29,134 bases of DNA from Candidatus Roizmanbacteria bacterium CG_4_9_14_0_8_um_filter_34_12 (GTDB lineage Bacteria; Patescibacteriota; Microgenomatia; UBA1406; GWC2-37-13): positions 1 to 29,134 of the forward strand of contig PFTH01000074.1 in the NCBI GenBank assembly GCA_002789465.1, read 5' to 3'. How positions within the stretch are numbered: position 1 is the first letter of the stretch; each line of letters starts with the position of its first letter. Position numbers and translations under genes: made by a program. Positions 8,004-16,504 of the stretch are shown in pieces. Below the pieces are notes generated by a model that saw only the letters and a program-made list of their open reading frames with translations, had not been told where the DNA came from and did no database searches.

Positions 8004-8765
8004 ATGAAAAATCAACCGAAATACTCAACCAAAAAGCTAAAAAAAATTTTGAAAAAACACTCAGGTCGTAATGGTGATGGAATAATTACTGTTCGTCATC
8101 AAGGGGGGAGACAAAAACGGTTTTACCGAACAATAGATTTTGTTCGAAGCAAAAAAGATATAACTGCAAAAATAATTGCGAATGAATATGATCCAAATCG
8201 TAACGTTACAATTGACTTGGTTGAATACTTAGATAAAGAAAAGCGTTATATTCTTCACCCAGAAGGATTAAAGGTTGGTGATACAATCACAGCAAGTGTT
8301 TCTGCAGATATTAAAGTGGGAAATGCTTTGCCGTTAAAATTGATTCCAATTGGAACACAAATTCATAACATTGAATTATATGCAAATAGTGGTGGTCAGA
8401 TGGTGCGTAGTGCTGGCGCATTTGCTTCAGTAGTGGCAAGAGAAGGTGGATTTGTTCATGTAAAGTTAATGTCTGGTGAAGTACGACGTTTTTTTGGAAA
8501 TTGTTGGGCAACAATTGGTGTGGTTGGAAATAGTGAATATAAAGACGAAATTCTTGGTAAAGCAGGACGTAGTCGTTTGATGGGTATTCGGCCAACAGTA
8601 CGAGGCACTGCTCAAAATCCTCGAAGTCATCCACATGGTGGTGGTGAAGGACGATCTGGTGAAGGAATGCATCCAAAAACTCCTTGGGGAAAGTCTGCGC
8701 GCGGAACTCGGACAAGAAACAAAAAAAGCCATAGTAACAAATTTATTATCAAACGTAGAAAATAA
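8004..8765 (+). CDS. rplB: 50S ribosomal protein L2 (N-terminally shortened, 253 aa)
   Basis: GRNGDGIITVRHQGG, EYDPNR, RPTVRG..QNPRSHPHGGGEG. Confidence 0.98.
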   Translation: MKNQPKYSTKKLKKILKKHSGRNGDGIITVRHQGGRQKRFYRTIDFVRSKKDITAKIIANEYDPNRNVTIDLVEYLDKEKRYILHPEGLKVGDTITASVSADIKVGNALPLKLIPIGTQIHNIELYANSGGQMVRSAGAFASVVAREGGFVHVKLMSGEVRRFFGNCWATIGVVGNSEYKDEILGKAGRSRLMGIRPTVRGTAQNPRSHPHGGGEGRSGEGMHPKTPWGKSARGTRTRNKKSHSNKFIIKRRK

Positions 8766-8766
8766 T

Positions 8767-9240
8767 ATGAACAATCAAACAATCATTAAAGACGTCCATG
8801 TTTCACCAAAAAAAATTAGATTTTTAATGGATTTTGTTAAAAAACTAAAACCAGTTGATGCAGTTGATCATTTAGCCTATATGTCACAACATAGTGCTCG
8901 AATTCTAAAGACTGCAATTCAAGCGGCCATCAGTAGCTCAGTATTGGCTTTAAAAACAGTACCTGATATGTTAAAATTTAGAGTTTTGATTATTGATCAA
9001 GGACATGTTTTAAAGCGATTTCGTGCAGGAGGACGGGGGACTGCAAAACCTATCAAACGAAGAATGGCACATATAAAAATAATCTTAGAGATTGATCAAC
9101 CAAAAGAAAAGAAAATAGAAAATAGAAAAGAGAAAAAAGAAAAAGTGAATAAGAAAACAATTAAAGAAAATACAAAAACTGTAAAACCAAAACGAGATAA
9201 TATTAAAAAACCAAAAAAAGTTACTAATAAAAAATTATAA
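8767..9240 (+). CDS. rplV: 50S ribosomal protein L22 with a ~49-aa Lys-rich C-terminal tail
   Basis: VSPKKIR...LKRFRAGGRG...KRRMAHIKI; the true ATG is 8767, 1 nt after the rplB stop (the track's 8635 start overlaps rplB). Confidence 0.95.
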   Translation: MNNQTIIKDVHVSPKKIRFLMDFVKKLKPVDAVDHLAYMSQHSARILKTAIQAAISSSVLALKTVPDMLKFRVLIIDQGHVLKRFRAGGRGTAKPIKRRMAHIKIILEIDQPKEKKIENRKEKKEKVNKKTIKENTKTVKPKRDNIKKPKKVTNKKL

Positions 9241-9242
9241 AA

Positions 9243-9884
9243 ATGGGTCAAAAAGTACATCCAAAAGGTTTACGATTGGGAATAATTTATAACTGGAATT
9301 CCCGTTGGTTTTTTTCGAACAAAAGGCAATATCGGGAAGCATTAATTGCAGATATTCAAATTCGAAAAAAGTTAATGACAAAATTTAGTTTTGCCGGTAT
9401 TACTCAGGTTGATATTGAAAGAGCAATTAAAAAATTAACAGTGATTATATATTCGGCTAAACCAGGAATGATCATTGGTCGAGGAGGAAAAGGACTGGAA
9501 GAATTAAAAAACTATTTGTTGGTAGAAATGAAAATTTCACCAAAAAAAAACAAAGAGATGAAGATTGATTTAAAAATCGAACCATTAAAAAAACCTTTTT
9601 TAAATGCTTATTATGCAGCTCAAACAATTGCTGAAAAACTTATACGTCGTTTTCCTCATCGTTCAGTGATTCATAACACAATGAATCGTGTGATTGAAGC
9701 GGGAGGCAAGGGGGTTAAAATTCAACTGGGGGGCCGTATTGCAGGAGCGGAGATTTCACGTCGGGAAAAATATTTTCAAGGGACAATTCCCACCTCAACT
9801 ATACGCGAAGACGTGGATTTTGCAATTTATCCGGCACTAACAAGATCAGGATATATAGGTGTTAAGGTATGGATCTGTAAGTGA
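9243..9884 (+). CDS. rpsC: 30S ribosomal protein S3
   Basis: MGQKVHPKGLRLG, PGMIIGRGG, GYIGVKVWI. Confidence 0.98.
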   Translation: MGQKVHPKGLRLGIIYNWNSRWFFSNKRQYREALIADIQIRKKLMTKFSFAGITQVDIERAIKKLTVIIYSAKPGMIIGRGGKGLEELKNYLLVEMKISPKKNKEMKIDLKIEPLKKPFLNAYYAAQTIAEKLIRRFPHRSVIHNTMNRVIEAGGKGVKIQLGGRIAGAEISRREKYFQGTIPTSTIREDVDFAIYPALTRSGYIGVKVWICK

Positions 9885-9908
9885 ATAATAAATTTATTAA
9901 TAATTATT

Positions 9909-9980
9909 AATTTGAAATTTGTAATTTGAATTCAATTTAAAATTGATTAAAAATTTTAAATTTAAAATTATTAAATTTAA
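9909..9980. repeat. Degenerate AATTTGA heptamer array in the rpsC-rplP spacer
   Basis: AATTTGA AATTTGT AATTTGA at 9909-9929, followed by AATTTAA/AAATTT variants. Confidence 0.55.
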
Positions 9981-9989
9981 AGTGTTATA

Positions 9990-10400
9990 ATGTTAGCCCC
10001 AAAAAGACAAAAATATCGGAAACAATTTAGAGGAATGTGGCGTCGTTTAGCAACGAAAGGAAACGATTTAAATTTCGCAGAGTATGGTTTAAAAACGATT
10101 ACTAAAGGTTGGATAAAGGATCGAGAAATTGAATCTGTAAGAGTAATCTTGGCTAGGGCAACGCGCAAAGTTGGCAAATTTTGGATTCGTATTTTTCCCG
10201 ATAAACCATTTACAAAAAAACCACCAGAAGTAACAATGGGCGCAGGAAAAGGAGATGTTGCATATTTTGTTGCATCAGTGGCACCAGGGCGGATATTATT
10301 TGAAATTGATGGTTTACAAGAGGCTGAAGCTCGAAGTGTATTCAAAAATTGCTCAGCTAAATTATCAGTGAGAACAAAGTTTATTACTAGAAGCTTATGA
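9990..10400 (+). CDS. rplP: 50S ribosomal protein L16
   Basis: MLAPKRQKYRKQFRG, WIRIFPDKP, MGAGKG. Confidence 0.98.
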   Translation: MLAPKRQKYRKQFRGMWRRLATKGNDLNFAEYGLKTITKGWIKDREIESVRVILARATRKVGKFWIRIFPDKPFTKKPPEVTMGAGKGDVAYFVASVAPGRILFEIDGLQEAEARSVFKNCSAKLSVRTKFITRSL

Positions 10401-10606
10401 AAAAAAACGTTAAGGAGTTAATGAATAAAGAACTTAAAGTGCTAGAAAAAGAAAAGCAAGAATTAATTAAAGCTATTGCAGAAGTAAAAATAAATAATAC
10501 TGTTAATAAATTCAAAGACACAAATACGATAGCTAAAAAACAAAAACAACTAGCAGTTTTATTAACAATCATTAATCAAAAAAAATCATTAAATAAAAAT
10601 ATATGA
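10397..10606 (+). CDS. rpmC: 50S ribosomal protein L29
   Basis: Position after rplP with an ATGA overlap, 69 aa helical hairpin (KKQKQLAVLLTIINQK); divergent. Confidence 0.85.
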   Translation: MKKNVKELMNKELKVLEKEKQELIKAIAEVKINNTVNKFKDTNTIAKKQKQLAVLLTIINQKKSLNKNI

Positions 10607-10845
10607 GTAATATTTTAACAGGAATCGTGACCTCAACTAAAATGGAAAATACAGTTGTGGTTAATGTAGTAAGGAAATATCGTCACTTGCGGTATCATAA
10701 GGTTATCACACGTCATAAACGTTGTCACGCTCATTATGAAAATATGTCAATCAAAGTTGGAGATCAAGTAAAAATTGAAGAATGTCGACCAATTGCCAAA
10801 ACCGTTCGTCATCAAGTTATAGAACAATTAAAAACAAACGTATGA
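10603..10845 (+). CDS. rpsQ: 30S ribosomal protein S17
   Basis: LTGIVTSTKMENTVVV, GDQVKIEECRPIAKT. Confidence 0.96.
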   Translation: MSNILTGIVTSTKMENTVVVNVVRKYRHLRYHKVITRHKRCHAHYENMSIKVGDQVKIEECRPIAKTVRHQVIEQLKTNV

Positions 10846-11216
10846 TTCAACTTAGAACAGTATTAACAGTTGCGGATAATACTGGTGCAAAAACAGCCTA
10901 CATGATTGGTATGGCTAAAAAAGGAAATAAAAAATTAGCTTATGTTGGGGACTCAATTAATGTTGTGGTAAAAGACGCAATTCCTTATGGTCAAGTAAAA
11001 AAGGGAGAAAAACTTTCCGCAGTTATTGTTCGCACACGTAAGGAAAAAAAAAGAGAAGATGGGAGTTATATTCGTTTCAGTGACAATGCTTGTGTTATTT
11101 TGTTTGATAAAGAAGTGAAAGATCCAAAAGGAACGAGAATTTTTGGACCGGTTGCAAAAGAAGTAAAAGAAAACGGATACAATAAAATTGCAAGTTTAGC
11201 AGAAGAAATTTATTGA
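10842..11216 (+). CDS. rplN: 50S ribosomal protein L14
   Basis: MIQLRTVLTVADNTGAK, GTRIFGPVAKE; the true ATG is 10842 (ATGA overlap with rpsQ). Confidence 0.98.
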   Translation: MIQLRTVLTVADNTGAKTAYMIGMAKKGNKKLAYVGDSINVVVKDAIPYGQVKKGEKLSAVIVRTRKEKKREDGSYIRFSDNACVILFDKEVKDPKGTRIFGPVAKEVKENGYNKIASLAEEIY

Positions 11217-11223
11217 TAAAAAC

Positions 11224-11535
11224 ATGAAAATTAAAAAAAAGGATAAGGTAAGAGTAATGTCTGGAAAAGATAAAGGTCGGGAAGCTGTGGTTGAAAAGGT
11301 ATATTCAAAAAGTCAAACTGCGATATTACCAGGAATTAATATTTATAAGAAGCATATAAAAAAGAATGAAAAGTTACCAAAAGGCGGAATTGTTGAGATT
11401 CCTCGACCGATTAGTGTTGCTAAATTAGGTTTGATTTGTCCAAAGTGTAATCAACCAACGCGTATTGGTTGGCAATTAAATAAAAATAAAAAAGTAAGAA
11501 TTTGTAGGAAATGTAAGAGCCTGTTTGAAAACTGA
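11224..11535 (+). CDS. rplX: 50S ribosomal protein L24 (CxxC...CxxC form)
   Basis: IKKKDKVRVMSGKDKG; CPKC and CRKC near the C-terminus. Confidence 0.97.
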   Translation: MKIKKKDKVRVMSGKDKGREAVVEKVYSKSQTAILPGINIYKKHIKKNEKLPKGGIVEIPRPISVAKLGLICPKCNQPTRIGWQLNKNKKVRICRKCKSLFEN

Positions 11536-11560
11536 ATCTAATAATTAATATCAGTTTTCA
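11526..11560 (+). repeat. Inverted repeat overlapping the rplX stop
   Basis: TGAAAACTGA (11526-11535) / TCAGTTTTCA (11551-11560), perfect 10 bp. Confidence 0.7.
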
Positions 11561-11569
11561 TTACAGGCG

Positions 11570-11605
11570 CTTATGAAGCTGTTTACTAAATTTTCAAACA
11601 GCTTC
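11570..11605 (+). repeat. REP-like hairpin family A, copy 1
   Basis: GAAGCTGTTT-N11-AAACAGCTTC perfect 10-bp stem; 29/36 identical to 20297-20332. Confidence 0.75.
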
Positions 11606-11625
11606 CAAGAACATAATTTAATAAT

Positions 11626-12204
11626 ATGGATACATTTAAAGATTATTATCAAAAGGAAGTGCAAAAAAAAATTAAGGATGCTTTAAAGCTGAATAATTAT
11701 TTGGCAGTACCAAAGATTATTAAAGTTGTTCTAAATGTTGGCGCAGGTGAGGCTGTTACCAATAAAAATGTTTTAGAAAAAATTCAAGAACAAATGTCTT
11801 GGATCGCTGGACAAAAACCTGTAATTACTAAAGCACGACAGTCGATATCAGCCTTTAAGATTCGAAAAGGTTTATCAATTGGAGTCAAAGTGACGCTTCG
11901 TGGAAAAAAGATGTATGCATTTGTTGAAAAATTAGTTAAAATTATCATTCCTCGAATTCGAGATTTTCGAGGAATCAATGATCATAGCATTGATCAAAGT
12001 GGAAATTTGAACTTGGGTTTTACAGAGCAAACAATTTTTCCTGAAGTAGAATTTGATAAAGTTGATAGGTTACGGGGACTACAAGTAACTCTAGTAACCA
12101 ACGCTGGTAGTTTTGATAGAGGTAGGTGTTTATTTGAAAAATTAGGAATACCTTTTAAAAAACAAGCTGTAAATCAGGAAAAAGCAATTTCTCAGAAAAA
12201 ATAA
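11626..12204 (+). CDS. rplE: 50S ribosomal protein L5
   Basis: [32 protein letters not shown]. Confidence 0.98.
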   Translation: MDTFKDYYQKEVQKKIKDALKLNNYLAVPKIIKVVLNVGAGEAVTNKNVLEKIQEQMSWIAGQKPVITKARQSISAFKIRKGLSIGVKVTLRGKKMYAFVEKLVKIIIPRIRDFRGINDHSIDQSGNLNLGFTEQTIFPEVEFDKVDRLRGLQVTLVTNAGSFDRGRCLFEKLGIPFKKQAVNQEKAISQKK

Positions 12205-12205
12205 T

Positions 12206-12391
12206 ATGGCAAAAACATCAAATGTTGTGAGATCACAAAAAAAACAAAAATATCAAGTGCGAAAACATAGTCGTTGTCCGCTTTGTGGGCGAGCTCGAGC
12301 ATATATGAGACGCTTTGATTTATGCCGAATTTGTTTTCGCGAAAAAGCATTAACCGGTCAAATCCCCGGTGTTAGAAAAATTTCCTGGTAA
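12206..12391 (+). CDS. rpsN: 30S ribosomal protein S14, type Z (zinc-binding)
   Basis: [24 protein letters not shown]; 61 aa. Confidence 0.98.
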   Translation: MAKTSNVVRSQKKQKYQVRKHSRCPLCGRARAYMRRFDLCRICFREKALTGQIPGVRKISW

Positions 12392-12397
12392 AATACT

Positions 12398-12682
12398 ATG
12401 TCAAGGTCAACTAAAAAAGGTCCCTATGTTGATGAAAAATTAATTGAAAAAGTTCGTCGTCAAAAAGTAAACGGAGAAAGAACAGCAATTAAAACTTGGA
12501 AAAGAGCATCTCAAATTCCACCGGATTTTGTTGGTCATAAATTTGGAATTCATAATGGAAAAAAGTTTATTGAGTTATTAGTTACGGAAGGTATGGTAGG
12601 TACGCGTTTAGGAGAATACGCACCAACAAGATCGTTTCGCGGTCATGGAAAAGTTACCAAACGTACCGCAGATAAAACATAA
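12398..12682 (+). CDS. rpsS: 30S ribosomal protein S19 (relocated)
   Basis: MSRSTKKGPYVD, IKTWKRASQI, HNGKKF, MVGTRLGEYAPTR. Confidence 0.98.
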   Translation: MSRSTKKGPYVDEKLIEKVRRQKVNGERTAIKTWKRASQIPPDFVGHKFGIHNGKKFIELLVTEGMVGTRLGEYAPTRSFRGHGKVTKRTADKT

Positions 12683-12686
12683 AAAT

Positions 12687-13070
12687 ATGTATACAATAGG
12701 AGATTTAATGATTCGATTAAAAAATGGTTATATGTCAAGGAAACCATCAGTTGAATGTTTATATTCTAATTTTAGTCTAGCTCTTCTTGACAAATTACGG
12801 CAACTGGAATACATTCAGTCATATTCTGTTGGTGATGACGCTAGAAAAACAATAACGGTTGAACTTCGATATAATGATGGACGACCTGCGATTACTGGTT
12901 TAAAGATTTTTTCAAAACCAGGTCAAAGGCGTTATACATCTGCCAAAAAACTTAGGCCGGTATTAAGTAATTTAGGACATGCGATTTTATCTTCTCCTCT
13001 TGGTCTTATTACAAATCATGAGGCAAGAAAAAAACATGTTGGGGGAGAGTTTTTATTTGAAATTTGGTAA
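12687..13070 (+). CDS. rpsH: 30S ribosomal protein S8
   Basis: IGDLMIRLKNG, SKPGQRRY, ILSSPLG, VGGEFL; the true ATG is 12687. Confidence 0.97.
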   Translation: MYTIGDLMIRLKNGYMSRKPSVECLYSNFSLALLDKLRQLEYIQSYSVGDDARKTITVELRYNDGRPAITGLKIFSKPGQRRYTSAKKLRPVLSNLGHAILSSPLGLITNHEARKKHVGGEFLFEIW

Positions 13071-13079
13071 AACAAAAAT

Positions 13080-13634
13080 ATGTCAAAAATAGGTCAAAAA
13101 CCAATTAGTATTAGTGCTGGAGTAAATCTTCAAATAAATGAAGGTTTAATCAATGTCAAAGGTCCTAAGGGAGAATGGAATGGGATATTACCGCGGGTTC
13201 TAGAATTAAAAAATAAAGATAACCAATGGACTGTTAGTCGTAAAAATGAAAATAAAACTAGTAAATCTTTACATGGGTTATATCGAACTTTGATTAATAA
13301 TGCGATAGTAGGGGTTGAGAAACCGTGGCAAAAACGACTCGAAGTGGTTGGTACGGGTTTTAATGTTAAGGTTCAGGGGAATGACATTGTTTTTAAAGTT
13401 GGATATAGTCATCCTGTTGTATTTAAGTCTGTTTCTGGTGTGACCTTGCAAGTTGAGGGGAATAATAAAGTAATTATTTCTGGAGCTGACAAACAATTGG
13501 TTGGACAGGTTGCTTTTCAGATAAAGTGTATAAGAAAACCAGATGTTTATAAGGGAAAGGGAATTCGTTATGAGGGGGAAGTATTAAGAATTAAGCCTGG
13601 AAAAAAGGCAAAGGCAGCTGGAGCAGCGGCATAA
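13080..13634 (+). CDS. rplF: 50S ribosomal protein L6
   Basis: MSKIGQKPI, VGYSHP, PDVYKGKGIRY. Confidence 0.98.
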   Translation: MSKIGQKPISISAGVNLQINEGLINVKGPKGEWNGILPRVLELKNKDNQWTVSRKNENKTSKSLHGLYRTLINNAIVGVEKPWQKRLEVVGTGFNVKVQGNDIVFKVGYSHPVVFKSVSGVTLQVEGNNKVIISGADKQLVGQVAFQIKCIRKPDVYKGKGIRYEGEVLRIKPGKKAKAAGAAA

Positions 13635-13638
13635 AAAT

Positions 13639-13998
13639 ATGAGAAAATCAATTGCTAGAAAAATCAAAGCAAAAAGACGCGTGAGTCCAAATGTCATTGG
13701 AACTGAGAAACGTCCACGTATAAATGTGTTTCGATCAAACTTGTATTTATTTGTCCAAGCAATTAATGATGACAAAAAACAAACATTAGTAGCATATTCA
13801 ACACGACATGTTCAAAAAGAAAAAGAATATAAAAAAATTACAAAAACTAAACAAGCATTTGTTCTCGGAGAGCGTTTAGCAGAAAAATTATTGAATTTAA
13901 AAATTAATGAAGCGGTTTTTGATCGTAGTTGCTATATTTATAAAGGAAGAGTAAAGGCAGTCGCAGAAGGTTTACGTTTGGCAAAAATTAAAATTTAA
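13639..13998 (+). CDS. rplR: 50S ribosomal protein L18
   Basis: RPRINVFRSN, VFDRS.YIYKGRVKAVAEGLR. Confidence 0.96.
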   Translation: MRKSIARKIKAKRRVSPNVIGTEKRPRINVFRSNLYLFVQAINDDKKQTLVAYSTRHVQKEKEYKKITKTKQAFVLGERLAEKLLNLKINEAVFDRSCYIYKGRVKAVAEGLRLAKIKI

Positions 13999-14002
13999 TT
14001 AT

Positions 14003-14560
14003 ATGAATAATACAGATACAACATCATTTTCGGAAAAACTTGAAGAAAGAGTCTTGTTGATTCGTCGTGTCTCTAAAAAAACCACTGGAGGCAATTATGT
14101 AACGTTTTCTGCATTAGTTGCAGTTGGTGACGGCAAGAATCGAGTTGGAATAGGCTTGGGACGGGGATTGGAAGTTCCCCAAGCAATTAATAAGGCGCTA
14201 AATTATGCAAAAAAACACTTACTAGTAATTCCAGTAACAAATAGTTCTTTACCACACCAGGTAAAGTTAAAGTTTAAAGCGGCATTAGTATTGTTAAAAC
14301 CAGCTCCTCTAGGGACTGGTTTGAAGGTTGGAAGCGTTGCTCGAGTTATTTTAGATCTGGCCGGAATTCATAATGCCTCTGGAAAAATTATTGGTTCACG
14401 AAATCAAGTTGTGAATACATATGCAATTATTGAAGCATTAAAACTTTTAAGACCACGCAAACCCCGTAACTTAGAATTTACACCTGAGGTATCTCAGGGT
14501 CATTTCGTGAAGAATACCAATTTATCTAAGTTAAATAAAGGTTCCGTGGTTACGGGGTAA
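14003..14560 (+). CDS. rpsE: 30S ribosomal protein S5 with a repeat-derived C-terminal extension
   Basis: RRVSKKTTGG, FSALVAVGDG, LKPAPLGTG; the last ~33 codons lie within the 14461-14558 element. Confidence 0.97.
   Translation: MNNTDTTSFSEKLEERVLLIRRVSKKTTGGNYVTFSALVAVGDGKNRVGIGLGRGLEVPQAINKALNYAKKHLLVIPVTNSSLPHQVKLKFKAALVLLKPAPLGTGLKVGSVARVILDLAGIHNASGKIIGSRNQVVNTYAIIEALKLLRPRKPRNLEFTPEVSQGHFVKNTNLSKLNKGSVVTG
14461..14558. mobile_element. 98-bp MITE/palindromic-like element with 10-bp terminal inverted repeats inside the 3' end of rpsE
   Basis: ACCCCGTAAC (14461-14470) / GTTACGGGGT (14549-14558); internal IRs TAACTTAGA/TCTAAGTTA and CCTGAG/CTCAGG. Mobility is inferred, not shown. Confidence 0.5.
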
Positions 14561-14567
14561 ATAATCT

Positions 14568-15017
14568 ATGGAAGTAACAAATTTATCAAGTCTACCAAAA
14601 ATTATCGGCAAAAAAACTAAGCGTATTGGTCGTGGTTTAGGTAGTGGGCGAGGAGCCAAATCTGGACGTGGAACAACTAGACATCAAAAAGCAAGAGAAA
14701 ATATTCCACTACATTTTGAAGGTGGACAGGGAAGAATGGTGAAGCGATTCCCATTGCTTCGGGGAAAAGGAAGGAATCAAGGGCGACAACATCCAATAGC
14801 AATTGACATTAAGCGATTAAACATTTTTGAAAATGGATCAACTGTTGATATTGATGCTTTAGTAAAAAGCGATATTATAAGAAAAGGAGAGGTGAAGCGT
14901 GGAGTAAAAATTGTTGGTAATGGTAAGTTAATAAAAAAATTGACAGTCAAATTACCAGTCAGTCAAGGAGGCTCTAAATTAATTAATGTAGCAGGAGGTA
15001 CTTGTATTAAATTATGA
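14568..15017 (+). CDS. rplO: 50S ribosomal protein L15
   Basis: RIGRGLGSGRG, FEGGQ, VKIVGNGKL. Confidence 0.97.
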   Translation: MEVTNLSSLPKIIGKKTKRIGRGLGSGRGAKSGRGTTRHQKARENIPLHFEGGQGRMVKRFPLLRGKGRNQGRQHPIAIDIKRLNIFENGSTVDIDALVKSDIIRKGEVKRGVKIVGNGKLIKKLTVKLPVSQGGSKLINVAGGTCIKL

Positions 15018-16300
15018 AATACATTCTTGAAAAACTTAAGCTTTTATTAGAAGACCCTCAACTTAAACGTAAAACCATCATTAGTTTATTTTTGTTTTTA
15101 TGTTTTCGTGTTTTTGCATTTTTACCAGTTCCTGCAATTGATTTAAATCGCCTACGCTTAATATTTTCTCAAAATCAGTTTTTATCGTTATTGGATATTT
15201 TTTCAGGAGGGACTTTAATAAATTTTTCAGTAATGGCATTAGGATTAAATCCTTACATTAATGCTTCAATTATGATTCAACTTCTTACAGTGCTTTTTCC
15301 TAAACTTGAACAATTAACAAAAGAAGGGGAATATGGTCGATATAAAATTAATCAATATACCCGTTTTATCACAGTTCCATTAACTATTCTTCAAGCAATA
15401 GGCATATATATGCTCTTACGGAATCAGAAAGTAATTGGAAATCTTATGCCGTTGGAATTTTTTTCATTCATCGTTACCATGGTTGCAGGGACTTTTATTT
15501 TAGTTTGGTTTGGGGAGTTAATTTCTGAATTTGGATTAGGAAATGGAATTTCACTTCTAATTTTTGTTGGAATTGTGGGAAGATTACCGGTAATTTTAGG
15601 GAGAACGGCTGTTTTGGTAAATCGCGAAGTAATTATTAATACAATAATTTTTTTACTTTTGGCAGTCTTAGTTATCGCAGCAGTTGTTTTCATTAATGAG
15701 GCAGTAAGAAAGATTCCGGTTTACTATGCAAAAAGAATTAAGGGTAATCGGATCTATCAAGGTGCTACAAATTTTCTTCCACTTAAATTGAATCAAGCAG
15801 GTGTTATTCCGATCATTTTTGCAGTTTCTTTTGTGCTGATGCCACAGATATTAGGTAATTCATTAGCCTCTGCAAAAAATACAACGATTGCTACAATTGC
15901 AAAATTCTTAGCTCAAGCATTCAATCCTTCAGGCTTTGTTTATAATGGATTGTATTTTGTTTTAGTAATTGGTTTTACTTTTTTTTATACTGTTATTGTT
16001 TTTAATCCTCAAAAAATCTCTGAAGAAATTCAAAAACATGGAGGTTTTATTCCAGGAATTAGACCAGGTATTGCAACAAAACAATATTTAGAAAAAGTGT
16101 TATATCGAATAACAAGCGTTGGGGCAGTTTTTTTAGGACTCATTGCAATTATGCCAGCGTTGATGTCGACGTTAACTAATATGAAGAATTTAGTAATTGG
16201 GGGAACCGGAATCTTAATTGTTGTTTCGGTAATTTTGGAAACGTTTAAAACAATAGAAGCGCAGTTAGTAATGAAAAATTACGATAAATTTACAAAGTAA
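15014..16300 (+). CDS. secY: Preprotein translocase subunit SecY
   Basis: FSVMALGLNPYINASI, GNGISLLIF, LPLKLNQAGVIPIIFA, IPGIRPG, GGTGILIVV. Confidence 0.99.
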   Translation: MKYILEKLKLLLEDPQLKRKTIISLFLFLCFRVFAFLPVPAIDLNRLRLIFSQNQFLSLLDIFSGGTLINFSVMALGLNPYINASIMIQLLTVLFPKLEQLTKEGEYGRYKINQYTRFITVPLTILQAIGIYMLLRNQKVIGNLMPLEFFSFIVTMVAGTFILVWFGELISEFGLGNGISLLIFVGIVGRLPVILGRTAVLVNREVIINTIIFLLLAVLVIAAVVFINEAVRKIPVYYAKRIKGNRIYQGATNFLPLKLNQAGVIPIIFAVSFVLMPQILGNSLASAKNTTIATIAKFLAQAFNPSGFVYNGLYFVLVIGFTFFYTVIVFNPQKISEEIQKHGGFIPGIRPGIATKQYLEKVLYRITSVGAVFLGLIAIMPALMSTLTNMKNLVIGGTGILIVVSVILETFKTIEAQLVMKNYDKFTK

Positions 16301-16328
16301 TAATTAATAATTAGATTTAAATAATAAT

Positions 16329-16502
16329 ATGGCTAAAAAAGGTGCAAGAATTTTATTTGGATTGATTTGCGAAGTATGTAAGAAACAGAACTATGTGAGT
16401 GAAAAAAATAAGATTACTACAACTAACGCAATAAAATTAATAAAGTATTGTAATAAATGTAAAAAAAGAACAACACATAAAGAAAATAAAAGGTTAGATT
16501 AA
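16329..16502 (+). CDS. rpmG: 50S ribosomal protein L33 (zinc-ribbon form), absent from the ORF track
   Basis: Manual translation MAKKGARILFGLICEVCKKQNYVSEKNKITTTNAIKLIKYCNKCKKRTTHKENKRLD*, 57 aa, two CxxC. Confidence 0.95.
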   Translation: MAKKGARILFGLICEVCKKQNYVSEKNKITTTNAIKLIKYCNKCKKRTTHKENKRLD

Positions 16503-16504
16503 AT

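Noticed and set aside
8635-8766. Track's 201-aa ORF suggesting an N-terminally extended L22 overlapping rplB
   Set aside because: The extension is an alternative frame of the conserved L2 C-terminus; ATG 8767 in AAT context gives a normal L22 start
9983-9991. TGtTATAAT extended -10 before rplP
   Set aside because: It overlaps the rplP ATG itself, so it cannot transcribe rplP; probably a by-product of the ATA-ATG context
10782-10841. N-terminal extensions in the track for L14, and similarly for S8 (12645), the hydrolase (28236), the cupin (27911) and the membrane protein (4535)
   Set aside because: They overlap upstream genes or promoter boxes; downstream ATGs match family N-termini or promoter geometry
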